From Podarcis vaucheri (Eukaryota), in NCBI GenBank assembly GCA_965113315.1, contig OZ220373.1: 64,000 nucleotides of DNA; one strand, written 5' to 3'. The notes below the pieces were generated by a model. That model worked only from the letters and a program-made list of their open reading frames with translations. It made no database searches and was not told the DNA's origin. Of the stretch, positions 37,801-47,729 are shown one piece after another. Numbering within the stretch: position 1 is the stretch's first letter; every line of letters starts with the position of its first letter. A program made the translations under genes and the position numbers.

Positions 37801-40800
37801 AAAGATCCAGGCCTGAAGAAAGTAATCCAAAAAATAGAAGCGTTTGAGCACAGGATGTATTCTCACCCACTTCACAATGATTCTAATTTGGAAACTGTGT
37901 ACAAACTTTGTGAGAGAAAAGCACAGGTGAGGAAAAGCTTTTCAAGTGCATCTTATTTTGGAGGGACAATAATTGGGTGATACTCATTTTGCATACAGGT
38001 GATCCCAGACTCAGTCCCCAGCACCTCTAGTTTAAAAAAGGTGGTGGGTGAAGAGAGAGACATCTGGCCAATCTGTTGACAGGTAGTAGATAATATTGCA
38101 CTAGGTGATCAAAGAATCTGTCCAGGTATCAGTCCTGTCAATCATTCCATTAGCCTTCAAGCAATGGGCCACATAAGTACACAGGTAAATTGGTAGTAGT
38201 TCCAGATAATTTGAGGGTGGAATATCTCTTGGAAACACATTGCTGAAGCACTTTTGTGAATTGGAAATGGTAGATTTTCCTTTCATACCCAGAAGCTCAA
38301 GGCAGATTCCCTGTGTAGTCTTACTCTAAAACGAGAGCAAAACATATGCATCTCATCTAATATGAAGGGTGCTCACATGTCTACACCATGACTTTTTCCT
38401 TCAGAATGCTTGCAGGCAGGGCGATGCCACCTCTGAGTAACATTAAAAGCAAAAGACACAATTTATGTCTGTGTGTATGTTTGGTAATTACAAGCATGTA
38501 TGTGAATATTGCATTTGAGTACAAGAACCAGTTGTATAAACATTATCATAAGAGCTGCTCTGAGAAATTGCTGTATTTGATATTCTTCCAGATCAGATTG
38601 GCATAAAGAATTGGGGAGGCTTAGGGTTTTCGGGCTGGTGGTGACTGTCTTTTCCCCCAAGGCCCTCGACTTGGCTCTTGCCCTTGATGGAAGTGTGTCT
38701 GCAGGCATCTTGGTGTAGTGCCTCCTGTGGTCTGGATAGTGTCAATTAGTCTTTACAGGGCTAAGAATTCCAGCTGGGGTTGTTTTGTTTTTTCTCAAAT
38801 CGTAGTCTTATACTTGAGCATACATCTCTTGCTCCATCCCATCAGAATTGAGAGAGGGGGTTGGGTGGACCAATGCTTAGAAGCAGCGATGTGCTGGTTG
38901 TGAGCCAATAAGTGGAAGCTGAATCCTAATACAACATGGGTGTTATGTGTCCTGAGTTCCCTGGTAGGTGGGGAGATGGCCTGTTCTGGACAATGTTGAA
39001 AGGGACCTCTTGGGGGTACTACTGGATCCAGCATTATCACTGGAGGCTCAAGCAGCTATATGCCCCCTTTTCAACAGAAATGACTTGGTCACTCTGCTCC
39101 ATGCTCTGGTAACTTCCAGGTTGGATTATTGCAACACATTCCATGTAGGGTTCCCCTTGGAAACTTTAACTGGTCCAAAATGCATCATTTAGAACTCATT
39201 TAACCTCTGCTTTAAAACAGCTGTGCTTGTTACCAGTTTGTTTCAGGGACCAGTCCAGAGTGCTCACATCAGCGTTCAAAGCCCTAAATAACTTAGGTCC
39301 AAATATCTGAAAGACCACCTACTTTTTTACATACTCTGTCAGGGATTGAGATTAGCAGATGGGGCCCTTTAGGTAATTTTGCCACCCATTGAAGTTCCGG
39401 GGGGGGGGGTTGCCCAGGAGAAGACAGCCCCTAAGCTCTGAATTCCCTCCTCACAGAGTGGTGCCTGGCCCTTTTAGTCTCTTGTTTTCATTATATGATG
39501 CTTAAGACCCACCTCTTTACTCTGACATTGACATCTGGGAAATATTGATTGTAAGCTGTTCTAACTGATTTTAATATTGTATTTTCACACTGTTGTAACC
39601 TGCCCTGGGACGTTATGGGGAAGGGTGGGCTAGAAATCTTATCAATAGTTACAATAGTAATGCATTATTGCCATAGAAAATTCTTAACTTTTTTTGTTTT
39701 CTTGCTCACAAATCTGTTTCTCCCTTTGCTTCGCAGATGTATGGGTAGATATGTGGCCTGTGGAGATTGAAGTTTTACATTCACAGTAAAACTTTGGGTT
39801 TTTTCCAGGAGACAGGGTCAAAAGTGTCTTAATGCCTGATTCCTCCTAACACCTCTTTGCTTGTGTTTAACTTCAGATCGCTGTAGACATTAAAGCAGCA
39901 AAACGAGAACTGAAGAAAGCCAGGACTGTTTTACAAATGGATGAGCTCAAGTGTCGTAAACGTGTTTTGAGAAGGTTGGGTTTTGCAACCTCCTCAGACG
40001 TCATAGAGATGAAAGGCCGAGTTGCTTGTGAAATCAGCAGGTAACGTATGTTACTGTTGTAGAAAAGACAGGCGAACAGATGTTTGTATGCAGTTTTCCT
40101 CTTATCTTTGTGTAATACAGTGGGACATTCTGACGCTAAGGAAAAATCTCATGTTAAAACATATGGGGGGCAGTATTGAAGTGATCCTAGGTTATTGAAA
40201 GTAAAACACAGGGTAAGTTTGAAGGACAGAAAAGCACAGTGAGGCTGGGATCCAGAGAACGCCATGAACCCAGCAGGGCTTTGGTTTGTGTTCTTCTAAA
40301 CAGCAGCCCCCACATAGCCACTTAAGCAAACTACTTTGGAAATTGCAGGTCCTTTCAGAAGCAGTTTATTTAAAATACTTTTACCCTACCATTTATCAGG
40401 GTGGCACCAGTTATCTCCTGCTCAAAGGAAGTAAAGTCAAAAATTGTATTGGGTGGGCCCAGTTTGTGAGCATACTTCAAACCACTGTCTGGATCCTACT
40501 TTGAAATGTGATGTCAAAGATACATGGTATCTACTTTTTAGATCCCTATATTAGTTTAGAAAACAAATATTATGGTGTTTGTGTAAATCATCTAGAAGTG
40601 GCACCCACTTTCTGATAGCAACACCTTAACATATTTTGAATATTCAACACTATTGATTGGTACAAAAAAGCTGCAAACCCAGAACAAGAATATGAAATCT
40701 GAAGCTTTATGCGACTTCTTTATGTTCAGTGTTTAGATTCTGCAGAGTGTTCCATTATAGGAGGTGGACTCTCTCCTTCCTTGGAGGTTCTTAAGCAGAG

Positions 40801-43800
40801 CTTGGGTGTCCATCTGTCATGGATGCTTTCACTGAGATTCCTACATTGCAGGGGGTGGGACTAGATGACCCAACTCTATGATTCTATGATTGTATATTAA
40901 CTTGCTAATGTTACATCTGAAAATAAGAGGTGTCTTGGTTTAGCTTGGCAGAATTAACCCAATATATATTGTGAATTTGTAATAGTAACCATTAGAGCAT
41001 AGAAAATTATTTGGACGCTTGGTATATGGTCCTTTTTAAATTTTGTTCTTTCTCTCCAAATAAACATGCTTAGCCAAGTTTGTTTATTCCCTTCAGTCTC
41101 ATAAAATACACTGGGCAGGATTCAGCTGGTGAGTTGTTAGTGGAGGCCCTGCACCACGGCTTCTGCTCATGCACTGGCCCCTTCCTCTTCCCCCAAGCAC
41201 CCCCAGACGTTGGCTTGGGGGCTGGGTGAATCTCCAGAAGAGCACATGGGAGGAGGCTAGCAGGGATCGATCCATCTGGCAAGCCAAAACCCTTACCCCA
41301 TAGTTCTGGCATCAAAGTGCAGTGTAGATTCTGCTCTTCTGGCTTAATCTCCTCCGGCAAGTCCAGTTTCAGCTTCTGAACACTACATGACATGCTAATC
41401 CATCCTGACCTTTGTTTCCAAATTTTGTTTCTCAGGACCCCTGTAGTTTTCTGGTATGCCATCTGTAAAAGTTATGACGACATCCAGATTCTTCGCTTGC
41501 TTGCTTGCTTGCTCCCTCTCTTTTTCTCATTGGTAGTGGAAGGGCACTTTCTGAATTAAATGTCTTTATTATTAATTCTTCTGCCTTTTGAACAGAAGCT
41601 ACTGATCAGTTTTCCAGAAAATTGCTTTCAAATGTATAAAAGGACGAAGAAATATCTAACACTGTCGATTGCATTTCCTCTTCCAGTGCTGATGAGCTGT
41701 TGCTGACGGAAATGATGTTCAATGGACTTTTCAATGACTTATCTGCAGAGCAAGCAACTGCTTTACTAAGCTGCTTTGTATTTCAAGAAAATGTAAGTTA
41801 AGTTTGCATAACCAGAAAAACCTAAATTTGATTAGCCGTAATTTATATCTAAATGAATGTTTTGTTCTACCTTGCTTTCTAGTCAGAAAAGGGGGCTAAA
41901 AAGCATTTGTAAAACTAATATACAATGCTAGATTCAAGATTCATTAAGCTAAAAAAATGGGCATGGTACATGCAGGATCAGACACTACCGTGCAGGGAGA
42001 GCAGGAGGGTCCTGGACTTTCACTGGGTTGAGATTTCCTCCTGATAAGTAACACCAGAGGAAGCTGGAAACAGAGTCAAGCAGACAGAACCAGAGCAGAG
42101 AAAAAAAGAGTTTAAATGGCACCCACAACAATCAAGACATCTCCTACTGAGTTCCTTGTCTCAAAATGAATTTTTAAAAACCTGGTTGTTTTTATTTTAA
42201 TTTCCCTAGCTGTTTTTATTTTAATTTTCCTATATTGTAAAGTGCATTCCAAAAGTGTCATGTCAGGATCCAGAAAGTTTTATGGATGAGAAGAAAGCAG
42301 TTCTGTACATTCCCAAAGAAGTTTCTGGTTTCTGTTCTCCCCCACACCCTAAAACTGTGTTGTCCTGCATTGCATCCCATATTGCTGCCAAAGGAGCCCC
42401 TGCCCCTCTGAATAACATAAGCGGAAGTGGATGTGCACATGAAACACCCAAAGTTTATTGCATATATTCAGTAGAGAGGAAAAAGACACTTCTCTGAAAG
42501 GCGGAAATGAAAATGCCAAATAAATAAGTATCAGAAACTTAGGTGGAATCCACTGTTGTGCAGGTGGACTTCCTCTCACAGTGTGACTTCGCTTTCCTCT
42601 CCTCTCACTCCAGCCCCCTACGCACCCCCCAGAATCGGCTCTGGAGGGATCCCCTAATCATCTGGAGCAGGTACTGAGGGCATGTGGCAGGCTGCATAGA
42701 AGAGGAAGGTGAAGGCTGTTCTACTTTTGCATGCCAGTGTTCAGTATTTCTTTCCCCTCGTCATTCAGTTGCATTTTTCAGTGATAAATTATTTGTAATC
42801 ACTGGCTTCTATGTCAAATATCTAAAGAGCATTTTTGAAATTCTGTGGTTCAGTGGTAATCTCAAGGTTTATTTTTGTTCCAAGTTGATGTGTTGTAATA
42901 TATTGGCATTGGGATAATATTTCACTGAAAAGAAGTCCAGAGGCCCGTATTCTGGACTGAAGTTTGGCACTACTCTTATTATTGGTCTATTTTCTGTAAA
43001 AGAAGCTTTCTTAGGAGTGTTAAAGGATTGATGAGCACAATCCACCAAGCATTTATCCCACAGGTTCTCTGCTTGTTTCAGACTTTGTGCACCAGCTACA
43101 TAACTTGTGGTCTTTAGAGAAAAAATTATAAATTAATTTAAATAATGCCAAATGAATGGATATTGATGCTTTCTTCATCTTTTTTTCAGTCTAGTGAAAT
43201 GCCCAAACTAACAGAACAGTTGGCAGGCCCCCTTCGCCAAATGCAGGTAAACTTCAGATGATTTTTCTGGCCTAGGAAATGCCGCATTCATTACTAAATG
43301 GTTTTACAAGCCATTAAAAGTCAATTACCTTCCCTTTCCTGCTCTGTAACCTAAACATACACCATAGTATATCTTTGAGATATTGCACCGGCACAGCTCT
43401 TGATATGCCTACACATTGTGCTAGCTTCGTACATTTAAAAATTAAATTTTATAGTGTGTTTGGGATGATATAATCCAAAATCTTTCTTGATATCTTTTAA
43501 AGTTTGTCTTTAAATTTTAATACCATTAAGATAGCTTGAGGGTGAGGGGAGGGCTTTTGGAATATTTTATCCAATGAGGGTTTTTGCATACTAGTGACTT
43601 ATCCAATATGGTTTTTGCATACCAGTGAGCTACATGAGCCTGTTAAACTAGCATTTTCCTCTGTGTTTACTTATGAAGGCCCATGAAGACATCTGCCTGG
43701 CAGTCTCCACTTCCTCAGTGGCTGTATTTAGATTAACAAACCAAGATACTGCTTTGTAAACTGCCTGGAGATTTTTAATCAGAAATCAGTCTATAAATGT

Positions 43801-46800
43801 TGCAAAACAATTATCCCTCATACATCTCACACACAGCTGCTCTGCTCCTCTCATCAGGAGCCAGGAAAACTCCAGTTAACTAGTTTCCTATTACATCCAA
43901 ACTGGAAGGTATGATAAATGAACAAACCAAGGTGATTTAAATTTGTCTTAATGTCTTGACTTGTTTGGATGCCGTTAGTCAAAACTTCCTAGTTTAGATG
44001 TAAAGGAAAATGATCACTATCTGATGTGTTCCTGGCTTGCTCACTTGTTTGAAGGGAGGAGTGAAGCAGGTATGTATGAGGCAACACAGTTCATTTCCCT
44101 TCATGTACCTGCGTGGGCCTTAAGTTACTCGACAGAGACTTTGGCCCAGGTGGCCCTGGGAAGTGGGTGGCTGCTAGGAAGTGCAGCTTCTTGCCCATGG
44201 CACCCTGACTGGGAAGTTGACTCCATGGAGCAGCTCTCCTGGCTCTATGGACTTTTTAGTGCCAGACCTTTGTATTTCTCCATGCTTTTTATACAACTAA
44301 TTTGTCAACGGAGTCTTAGCTTTCTGTGCAAGTTGCTTTATTTTTCAAATTGAGCTTCTTGTCAGTTGTGTTTTCCCTTATCAGAAATGATGTTTTTAAT
44401 CTTGTTTTTGAACATTGCATTTTCTTGTTCTTTTGTAAGCTACCTACGGAACGAGTGGGCCATATAAATCTAGCACTGCTGCTGCTGAAAATAATAATCT
44501 CAGCTTGTTAACAGTCAATTGTCTGGCGTGCATATTTCAGGAAGATAACTTTTATTTGGTTTGTCTCAAATTTTCAAAATCCTCTTTAAAGGAATGTGCA
44601 AAAAGAATCGCTAAAGTGTCAGCAGAAGCTAAATTGGAAATTGATGAGGAAAACTACCTGAATTCGTTTAGGCCAAACTTGATGGATGTCGTGCACACGT
44701 GGGCCAATGGAGCAACGTTTGCTCACATATGCAAAATGACAGATGTCTTTGAAGGTGCGTGCACTTGTATTACTACTAATGCATCAGAGGTGTGGGATGG
44801 TAGGATAGTACAGTTGTTTGCATGACAACAGTCCCCTCCACTGAGGCCTCCTAATCAGCAGCCTGTGGGAGAATCTTTCGCTCTTGTCTCTCCTCCACAT
44901 GGCATGCTTTCTGCTCCTATTCTTTTTTCTCTTTCTCCCCAGTGTGTCCCTTGTCTTCTGTATCTCTCAATGTGCATAAATGTAGACAGCCTGATCCTTG
45001 GTTCCATTGAATTCAGTGAAGCCTACTCAAATGTCAACTATGCATAGGATCAAAGCTGTCTTTTAACCTTGTGTTGTTGGTACAAGAGGGAGAATGAGAA
45101 GTTGTTGTTGCACCTTGTCCCAGGTGCTTTGATTGCTTCCCAGCCACTAGCCATTTCTGTTATCTTTGCAATGATGGCATGGATTGTGTGCTGTAGCAGT
45201 CATCACTTTGGAGGCAGCAGAAATGTTATTGGGGGTAAAGAATAAGAGAGGCTTGAAGTCACTTGTGTCATATACACAATTTATTTGGTTGCAGTGAAGC
45301 AGGCAATCAATTCTGTGGATGGTTGCATTTGCAAATGCCATATAAAAATGTCCCCCACCCTCCTTTCCCATGCAGATAGGTAGTAGCCATAAGTCTTGCC
45401 CAATAAGTGAACTTTTTGCTGCTAGCTGGAGACGGAGACTTGCTTGATGGGCCAAGTTTGACATGCAGCATCAGGCAGGGTGGGATAATTAAGCTTTGTA
45501 AGCTGCCCACAGTAGCAATTTTCATTGGTAGGGTAGAAATTATATAAAACACAGACAAGGCACTGACCATAGTAGCATAACCCCAAACCACCATCACACC
45601 CATTTTTGCAAACGCAGAGTAAATGGCACATTCTTGTTTCCATATGGCAGATAAGCAATCCCTTTAACAGAAGAAGGAGTAAATACTGAGAGAAAGGCAC
45701 TTTTTCTCTTTGTCATGACAAAGTCCATCTTAAGTGAAATTTCAGTGGCCATGCAGATCATGTTGTGGTTGAGACTGGAAAGTAGAAAGTTCATATAGTT
45801 CAGTATGTCTAGCAGAAAGGCAGATGGAGTATATTTAAATGTCCTTTACTCCATACACACATCCTCTGTTTTAACCATACAAAAATGCTTCTGTGGATGT
45901 AAAAGTGTTCTTGGTTGCATTTTCATAATGAGCCCTGTAAGAGAAGTCAGTCTATACAACCAAAGTGATGGTTTGCTCAGAATACAGCATGCAGCAAACC
46001 CTTGGAGGATATATCCCAGCTTCTTTTGGCTCAGACTTCTGTCTTTTTGGTAATTGACTCCAGGTGGCTTTTTACTAGAGTTGCTGGATCCGGAATCAAA
46101 TGATTAAATTTAATCTCTTGCTGAGACTGGCTGATAAAACTTTGATTTCATTTCTTTTTAACTTACAAACTGAGAAGAACACACATTCCTAGCCTATAGA
46201 TTTCCACACCTTATAGCTGCTCCACCATGTATCTAAATGTATCCCATAATCTTTGAAATGAAGCCATTCATTTCCTTCATGTACACACTACAAAAATATG
46301 CAGGAGGTTAGGAAGAAGGAAGCTTGGTACCCTGCTTCTTATGATAGGGTAGCCTGAGAGCTGCAATGAGAAGTCTGTGCAAGAAGAAGAAGTCAAAACC
46401 ATTGCCTTAGGTTGACTTATAGGTGATAACGTTAGTTGGAACCCATCCTTTCTGATAACACAAGTTGGGAAAATTAATATTCATGACCTTATGATTATCT
46501 GTTTGGGGGGAAACTAGAGGACTGAGATGTTTCAGTCCTGCTTAAGTAGACAGCTTTACAACTACCTGGTAGAAAAGGATCTGCTATTCCTCATTAGAAA
46601 ATGTCTGCTTTTACTGCAAGCCCTTTTTTGCTCATGCAGGGAGCATAATACGCTGTATGAGGCGGCTAGAAGAATTGCTTCGACAGATGTGTCAAGCAGC
46701 AAAGGCCATTGGAAACACAGAACTGGAAAACAAATTTGCAGAAGGTCTGTATGTTCAGCTTCTTATAAATTGCATGCATCTTGAAATGTAGAGTCTTTTC

Positions 46801-47161
46801 ACAGGCAATTTTAAATTTCTTAAACAAGTCAGAGTGTCCCTAATGTATTAATGGTAGGTTCCATGTATCCTTTATCTGCTGTGATCCAATTCTTTATGGA
46901 GCAGGTAACTTGGAAAGCCCTTGATGTCTCCACAGCCCCCTCAAACTAGTTATACACACATTTGAGATGGAAACTGGGGAAATGATACTCAGTTTGAAAT
47001 TGATACTGAGCTTCAACTCAGGTGCATTGTTAATATATCCCCTGCTGCTAGTATCAGCAATAGGTACAGCTACTCTTATGACATCATATTATTTTCTTCC
47101 CTTAACAGGCATTACCAAAATCAAGAGAGATATTGTATTTGCTGCAAGTCTTTACCTATAA
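7635..47161 (+). CDS. MTREX: Mtr4 exosome RNA helicase (SKIV2L2/MTR4), complete, 27 exons, 1040 aa
   Basis: Starts [14 protein letters not shown] and ends FAASLYL*. Ski2-like motifs [25 protein letters not shown]; arch/KOW region. Exon lengths sum to 3123 nt with consistent phases. Confidence 0.98.
8781..8918 (+). CDS. MTREX: MTREX exon 2
   Basis: [45 protein letters not shown]. Confidence 0.93.
10239..10305 (+). CDS. MTREX: MTREX exon 3
   Basis: [22 protein letters not shown]|GTGAGT. Confidence 0.96.
11497..11559 (+). CDS. MTREX: MTREX exon 4
   Basis: [21 protein letters not shown]. Confidence 0.96.
11800..11939 (+). mobile_element. Squamate SINE with CR1-like tail (Squam2-like)
   Basis: CCTGGAGAGCTGCTGCCAGTCAGAGTAGACAG...CTCAGTATAAGGCAGCTTCCTATG; similar to 3113-3276. 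Confidence 0.6.
12659..12771 (+). CDS. MTREX: MTREX exon 5 (Q motif, Walker A)
   Basis: [38 protein letters not shown]. Confidence 0.97.
12957..13094. mobile_element. Palindromic hAT-type MITE
   Basis: CAGCGGTTCTCAACCT...AGGTTGAGAAAGGTTG; core GGACTACAACTCCCATCA / TGATGGGAGTTGTAGTCC shared with the 1767 and 57393 copies. Confidence 0.8.
13733..13907 (+). CDS. MTREX: MTREX exon 6
   Basis: [29 protein letters not shown]...CLVMTTE. Confidence 0.97.
15344..15434 (+). CDS. MTREX: MTREX exon 7 (DEIH box)
   Basis: [30 protein letters not shown]. Confidence 0.97.
15533..15657 (+). CDS. MTREX: MTREX exon 8
   Basis: [42 protein letters not shown]. Confidence 0.97.
16097..16195 (+). CDS. MTREX: MTREX exon 9
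   Basis: [33 protein letters not shown]. Confidence 0.97.
18207..18309 (+). CDS. MTREX: MTREX exon 10
   Basis: [34 protein letters not shown]. Confidence 0.97.
18431..18562 (+). CDS. MTREX: MTREX exon 11
   Basis: [44 protein letters not shown]. Confidence 0.97.
19602..19681 (+). CDS. MTREX: MTREX exon 12
   Basis: [27 protein letters not shown]. Confidence 0.97.
20230..20340 (+). CDS. MTREX: MTREX exon 13
   Basis: [37 protein letters not shown]. Confidence 0.97.
21079..21180 (+). CDS. MTREX: MTREX exon 14
   Basis: [34 protein letters not shown]. Confidence 0.97.
21227..21515. mobile_element. Tc1/mariner (Tigger/pogo-like) MITE
   Basis: TA|CAGTGGTGCCTCGCAAGACGAA...TTCGTCTTGCGAGGTACCACTG|TA; internal GCGGCTATTA/GCGGCTTA repeats. 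Confidence 0.88.
21975..22100 (+). CDS. MTREX: MTREX exon 15 (motif VI)
   Basis: [42 protein letters not shown]. Confidence 0.97.
23039..23205. mobile_element. Tc1/mariner-type MITE (CCGTA/CCATA termini)
   Basis: TA|CCATATTTTTCC...GGAAAAATATGG|TA. Confidence 0.8.
26909..27361. mobile_element. Solo LTR-like element, 453 bp
   Basis: TG...CA ends with inverted TGTCAGGG/CCCTGACA; perfect 5-bp TSD CAAAC (26904-26908, 27362-27366). Confidence 0.8.
27447..27593. mobile_element. hAT (Tip100-like) MITE containing TTAGGG units
   Basis: TIR CAGTGGTGTAGCGTGGG / CCCACGCTACGCCACTG; 8-bp TSD GTAAATAT/GTAAATAC. Confidence 0.85.
29463..29613 (+). CDS. MTREX: MTREX exon 16
   Basis: [50 protein letters not shown]. 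Confidence 0.97.
30532..30704 (+). CDS. MTREX: MTREX exon 17
   Basis: [58 protein letters not shown]. Confidence 0.96.
31890..31958 (+). CDS. MTREX: MTREX exon 18 (KOW)
   Basis: [23 protein letters not shown]. Confidence 0.96.
33954..34824. mobile_element. Non-autonomous Tc1/mariner-type DNA transposon, 871 bp
   Basis: TA|CCGTATTTTT.CTCTATAACACGCA ... TGCGTGTTATAGAGCGAAAAATACGG|TA; internal duplicated block near 34466-34535 and 34608-34690. Confidence 0.88.
35092..35220 (+). CDS. MTREX: MTREX exon 19
   Basis: [43 protein letters not shown]. Confidence 0.96.
36377..36630 (+). mobile_element. Full-length tRNA-derived SINE (Squam3-like)
   Basis: A box TGGTGTAGTGG, B box-like GGTTCGCGTCT, CORE-like GGGTGACCTTGGGCTAGTCAC, (CTT)n tail. 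Confidence 0.85.
37302..37412 (+). CDS. MTREX: MTREX exon 20
   Basis: [37 protein letters not shown]. Confidence 0.96.
37738..37926 (+). CDS. MTREX: MTREX exon 21
   Basis: [48 protein letters not shown]...CERKAQ. Confidence 0.97.
38860..39640 (+). mobile_element. Old, degenerate L2 LINE 3' fragment
   Basis: Remnants [14 protein letters not shown] and [12 protein letters not shown]; 3' end resembles the 5930-6835 copy. Confidence 0.75.
39877..40040 (+). CDS. MTREX: MTREX exon 22
   Basis: [54 protein letters not shown]. Confidence 0.97.
40740..40890 (+). mobile_element. CR1 LINE 3' end
   Basis: TCCTTCCTTGGAGGTT...GGACTAGATGACC...CTCTATGATTCTATGATT octamer tail. Confidence 0.75.
41687..41792 (+). 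CDS. MTREX: MTREX exon 23
   Basis: [35 protein letters not shown]. Confidence 0.97.
43190..43246 (+). CDS. MTREX: MTREX exon 24
   Basis: [19 protein letters not shown]. Confidence 0.96.
44592..44754 (+). CDS. MTREX: MTREX exon 25
   Basis: [54 protein letters not shown]. Confidence 0.97.
46640..46744 (+). CDS. MTREX: MTREX exon 26
   Basis: [35 protein letters not shown]. Confidence 0.97.
47109..47161 (+). CDS. MTREX: MTREX exon 27 (last coding)
   Basis: [17 protein letters not shown] (TAA 47159-47161). Confidence 0.97.
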
Positions 47162-47355
47162 GTATTGTCCTGGCACGGCGTTTGAACATCACTAATTATT
47201 CTTCAGAGGCAGAAGTGTAAAGTTAGCGACAGAATCTGCCAATTCTTCCCAAGCAGGAGAGATGCTTAACATTATTGTATGTATTTCACCATAAGCCTCA
47301 TGCTAGCAAGCATATTACATACCATTGCTGTTTGTACATAAGTGTTACCACATTA

Positions 47356-47369
47356 TTTTTAATTAAAAA
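47356..47369. terminator. Candidate poly(A) signal readable on both strands (ATTAAA)
   Basis: Palindrome TTTTTAATTAAAAA. On plus: upstream TGTA at 47333 and downstream GT-rich TGTGTGTTT near 47387. Confidence 0.5.
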
Positions 47370-47507
47370 AACAACAGCCAGAATACTGTGTGTTTAAAGC
47401 AAAAGCTTGAACCAATAGAGATTTAAAGTTTAGATACCTAAGTGTTACTATATACATGTAAAGTGAGCATCCAAGAAGTATAGCAGCAGCAGTCCCTTCA
47501 AGAGGCA

Positions 47508-47518
47508 TTTAATTTATT
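47508..47518 (-). terminator. Candidate proximal PLPP1 poly(A) signal
   Basis: Minus strand reads AATAAATTAAA about 80 nt after the PLPP1 stop. Confidence 0.4.
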
Positions 47519-47597
47519 TCTTTACATAGGTCAGAAATGCTTGAAATTTTCTTTTTATAGAAGGGGAGATTCCACAGGGTAATAGCTGTTGACTTTA

Positions 47598-47729
47598 TCA
47601 TGGCTGGTGATTACTGCCATAGTGATTTCCACTGGTAGGTGTCTCGTGTAAGGTTGTGTGTGAATCTTCTTCCTCCTTCTGTTTAAATGTACGACCTCTG
47701 TCTTTGAAGAAATCAGATACATACACAAC
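47598..47729 (-). CDS. PLPP1: PLPP1 last coding exon
   Basis: CAG|[43 protein letters not shown]. Confidence 0.95.
   Translation of the reverse strand, partial: VVYVSDFFKDRGRTFKQKEEEDSHTTLHETPTSGNHYGSNHQP

Noticed and set aside
47095-47108. U12-like branch sequence CCTTAAC before MTREX exon 27
   Set aside because: It abuts the AG directly, and the matching donor is GTCTGT, not U12-type.
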